Part shown: piece after piece, positions 60,105 through 64,000 of the stretch
Numbering within the stretch: position 1 is the first letter of the stretch
Layout of the letters: each line of letters begins with the position of its first letter
Assembly: GCA_000708835.1 (NCBI GenBank)
Contig: DF237111.1
Location: forward strand, 100,576 to 164,575
DNA from: Klebsormidium nitens
Taxonomy: Eukaryota; Plantae; Klebsormidiophyceae
Length of the DNA stretch: 64,000 nt
Direction: 5' to 3'
Notes under the pieces: generated by a model
The model's database searches: none
What the model was told of the DNA's origin: nothing
The model's input: only the letters and a program-made list of their open reading frames with translations
Translations under genes and position numbers: made by a program

Positions 60105-60999
60105 TAAAGATGACGTATGGTTCACTTGCAGCACACATTGCAGTAGCCTGCGTTGTGCAGCTGGCAAAGCGGTCTACGACCGTTTTGCACATGCTTGAAT
60201 TTCGTCGCCGATGCATGCTGGTTTTGATCCTCTTATCCTGTCATAAGCACATTGTTGGCGCATATATTTTCGCACATGCTAGTATATATGTAGCAAGCGC
60301 TGCCGCATGGAAATTGGTCGGATGCACGTGCGAGTGAGCTTCCAGATCATCGATGCCGTTTTATGACTAGGCCGCATCAAGTCGGGCATGCGACCACATA
60401 CAAAAATGTTCCATATATTCTGCACATGAACCCCAGCGCCAAGGTACCTAACAATATCAATGGCACATGTCGTGAACCTAGTGATCGTCATTTGATTCTT
60501 AAGCAATGAAACTGTACACAACCTCGCAAAGTCGGATGCTCAGTATACATTACACACCTAGCTCGACTCGCCCCAGTGTGTATAGGGTCCGACACTGCCA
60601 GCATCATTGTCTGTTGGCGCACCACCATATTGTGTGGAAACGGTACACTTGGTCTAATTGAGGCCTACTTCATGTACGCGGCGGCCTACCCGATGCAAGA
60701 GTTGCTTAGGTCCCTCAAAAGAGCGTTTTGCGATGCAGTTGCTTATGCACAGCAACACTTCGTGACAAGCACTTGATCACCTACCTTGACGGGCATGCAA
60801 CTCAATTACCCATATACTCTCACAATGAACTGATCATTCAGTGTCTCTTTAAGATCTACATAGATATACATACCTGTTACCAACCTGCGCCACTTACCCC
60901 GGGGTCTTCCAGCCGACAGCACCTGTTCATCGCTCATGACAAGGAAACTGCTTGTTTACATGACCACCACTTGTGAAGTCTCGACTATTGTACCGTCAC

Positions 61000-63760
61000 T
61001 CATCTACTTGTGCGAGCTCGCTTTCTGGGTCTTATTCCGGAACGAGCGACATCAAGAAGCAAATCGGGCTTCTGTTTGAGCAACTCGAGCCCCTCGTCGG
61101 GGAGGTCGTGAAAGTTGCTGACGATAAGCCGCTTTGAGATATCGACCAATTCTTGCAATCCGTGCAGCGTCCCCGCGCAATACAAGTCGCACACGTTCTC
61201 CAATGACAGCTGCAGAATTGAAAAGGTTGAAAGAGCATCAATCCAAATCTTCTGTAAACATTATACAGCCCAACCTGGTGCAAGCGCCAGAAGTCGAGGA
61301 AGTCGAAGCAGGCACGAAGAGGACAATACTTGATTTATAGTGGGAAGTGGACTTGGTACCTTTGTTCTTAATAAGCCCGTTCAAGTGCGTATTGATTTCT
61401 GCAGAGACCGGCGAAATGTGGGTCATGGGCCCGTACTTCCATGTTCCAAAACCCGTACTCCATAGACTGCGTCCGGTTCACACGTATGCACAGCTCTGAA
61501 AATTGGTACTCTACGAAGTGGGCTTTGGATACTTGCCAAAGTGCAAACGTGGGTTTGCTCAGTGCTTCAGTATGGTGTTCATATGCGTCCAAGAGATAAA
61601 GTGAATACACGCAGCGGTCACGTTGGACATTACCGACAAAACCGACCCATACTGGACACATGCGGACTAAGCTGTCCAGACCTGTTCGAGAAGTGTCTGC
61701 CGAACTTACCCGTTGAAGAAGCTCCTCCTCACACAGCTTCTTCAGGGCTCCACAAAGGTACTCGTCTGCCATCACGAGAAGCGCCAGAACCGCTGCTGTG
61801 GTGGAGGGCATGTCGACCTGCCAAACGGAGAAGAGCATCCGGATGGTCTCGGTGCAATTTCGGCAACACCCTTTTGTAGATATGAATCATGATCAGCTTT
61901 CACAAAATTACAAGATTTGAGCTAAGCTGAAGTACCAATCTGCTGGGAACTGCTTCCAATCGTTAGTGAACCCTGCATGACTGGATGTCAGAACCCAGAA
62001 GCTGGACGCATGAGAATCCTGAACGTTAACAGAACTAGGTCGTCACAAGTTGCTCGGAACCATAAATCAGGTCAGCCAAGGACCATCTCAGAATGGCAGC
62101 CGGGGACTCATGCGGGCTTCTTATCCTTAATGTGGACTTCTGTAGCATGGACCCCATTATTCGTCACCAACTTATCGCAGCTGCGTGGGAGTGCAAACCA
62201 GAAAGACGCTCTCCTTGACTTGCGCCCTTGTGCGAAGACTGGGAAAAGAGAACCAATGTCACTTCATCAACAAAAATGGCTCTCGCCGACGTAGCCACCT
62301 CAGCATGATCATTGCAGATAGCTGTTCCGAAAGGCCTGCAAAAAGCTGTGGAGACCAAACTCACCTTATTCGTGTACAGGTAGCTTAGGAGAAGTTTGAA
62401 GACTGGCGCCTCTTGAGTAGGCAGCTTAAAGTGGGCGTATGCACTCGCGAGTGCACCTGGGCATCGGACGGTTAATCGTCCAAGTTAAATCTATCGGACG
62501 GCTCAGAGCTCGCCTTCTCGAGGCTCTCCTCAGGACTCAGACTCACTAGTGTGCATTTCCCGGCTTTGAAATCCGACGCCCACTTTAACCTCTGCCGCGC
62601 TGGATTCAGAGAATTGTCCAGAGAAGAGGCCCTCGAACTTTGGGGAGCGGGACGCCAAGATGCATCGGTGGGCGCAGATGCGCTCGCGCTCTGGTCCAAC
62701 CTGGCCAGGAGGAGGAAGCAATTGGCCGTCAGCGGAACCCCATTTTCAACCGCCTCCGACTTTGTTCTCATATCTGTATCCTGGGCCATGCACATCCTGC
62801 TCGACAAAATGAAGGACAAACCCATGCAGAGAGGTTTAAGCGCATGTGTGTCGTAGATGAATTGCAGGTTGCCCGTCCCTAATGCTATGAAGTCCCGCAC
62901 TTGTGCAATAAAAGACCTCTTACCTCGAGGGTGACATCACTCAGATGCGCACTGAATAACAATCTGCTGAGGTCGGCCCCCACGGAATCTACTCCTTTCG
63001 TTGGAGCTGTCACAAACTGCTCGCATTGGTAAACAAATAGCCGATCCCCATCCTCCAATCCAATGCTTGAGCAGCCGTCAAGTGGATGGACTCGCTTGCC
63101 CTCATACGTCTTGAACATGACGCTCCTGGGCCCGGACCAGATCATACTGCACAAGCCCATGAATGGGTTTATATGTGTGCTCATGAGAGCTTTCTTTATG
63201 TGACCACTTTCGAAGCAATGCACTGTAGCAGAATTCTGGGCACACTGATGAGTCGCAAGTAGAGCTTTGAATGGCGAGATCCATTCTCCTTACTAACACC
63301 AGGTTTAAAAGGGCACCCCGTTCTGTCATAAAATTCAGCTTGGAGAGGACAACAGCCAAGAAGCTTAGAAGCAGGTATGTCGCTTGTACAACATGATACC
63401 TTGGGGCATGTGTGCATCAAACTTTTGGCCTACCAAGATTAACTGATCAGTACATGTGTGACTCCACTGTAGATTGAATACTGGACCATGTCACCACCAC
63501 ATCCAGTAGCAAAGGGAAAGAGAAAGAAAAGTGAATTGCTGTTGAGACAATCAAACACTAGTACAACTTACTCTATCGCAATAAGCACGGAACAATTTAT
63601 GAAATGTCGTCTACTTTTTGGTCCTGAAAAATACTTCGCGCCCATCCGGAACTGCCAGCTTTAAAACGATACGAGACATCAGCTCGTCTGTATCTTTTGT
63701 GTAGGATAGATCTTCACGGGAAAAAACAGAGATGTTGATATGTTCATCGTCCGTCGCCAT
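61000..63760 (-). pseudogene. SUMO-like domain + BTB/POZ + BACK fusion gene with an in-frame stop in exon 1
   Basis: Exon 63760-63572 reads MATDDEHINISV...IVLKLAVPDGREVFFRTKK*TTFHKLFRAYCDR|gtaagt, with TAG at 63613-63611. Around 63130-62930: SVMFKTYEGKRVHPLDGCSSIGLEDGDRLFVY...DLSRLLFSAHLSDVTLE. Then VENGVPLTANCFLLLAR, exon 61817-61710 LALLVMADEYLCGALKKLCEEEL and exon 61209-61000 ENVCDLYCAGTLHGLQELVDISKRLIVSNF. Internal exon phases are not fully resolvable. Confidence 0.65.
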
Positions 63761-64000
63761 TTTGCTGTCGGTTGCACCTGACACCTTAGCAACCTGCTGC
63801 TTTCAAAGGGTTGACAGTGTCCAGTGTGAGAGCTTGCATATATGCATCACCACGCAGCCAATGATCAGGAAGCTGAAGGAATGGATTCTTTGCAGACAAC
63901 GTGACGGTGAAGAAGACAGGACGGGACAGGGACCTCCTTGCCGCCTCGTTTGGAATCTAGGTAACATTGAGGTAGGTAGCCCCAGCAAAGCTAAAAGGTA

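Noticed and set aside
16395-63613. Alternative genetic code or RNA editing as the explanation for in-frame stops in the Sel1 and SUMO-like genes
   Set aside because: TAG and TGA are used as normal terminators in intact genes here (RPAC1 TGA; FTRA, REX4 and RanBP2-ZnF TAG), and the Sel1 gene also has a frameshift.

Overview
This is eukaryotic nuclear DNA with an intron-rich, GC-rich-exon gene style and one assembly gap (N run 31896-32449). The gene set is streptophyte-like (PPR-SMR, FTR variable chain, 3BETAHSD/D with a reticulon tail). Gene style suggests a charophyte alga such as Klebsormidium, which is inference only. I reconstructed spliced models by hand using GT-AG boundaries and phase consistency. 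In order they are: the last exon of a cinnamyl-alcohol-dehydrogenase-like gene (+), a PPR-SMR gene (-), Pol I/III subunit RPAC1/AC40 (+), a disrupted F-box/LRR/Sel1 gene (-), a 2x RanBP2-type zinc-finger gene (+), a second PPR gene (-), FTR variable subunit (+), a 3x CCCH zinc-finger gene (-), a 538-bp element with perfect 45-bp inverted repeats, a 4x CxxC zinc-ribbon-repeat gene (+), 3beta-hydroxysteroid dehydrogenase/decarboxylase-reticulon (-), REX4 exonuclease (+) and a disrupted SUMO-like/BTB/BACK fusion gene (-). The most striking unexplained pattern is that introns in at least five unrelated genes hold tandem, decaying copies of their own adjacent exon edge. Acceptor-plus-exon-start copies are stacked upstream of the real exon, and exon-end-plus-donor copies are stacked downstream. 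The two longest copies differ from the real exon mostly at synonymous sites.
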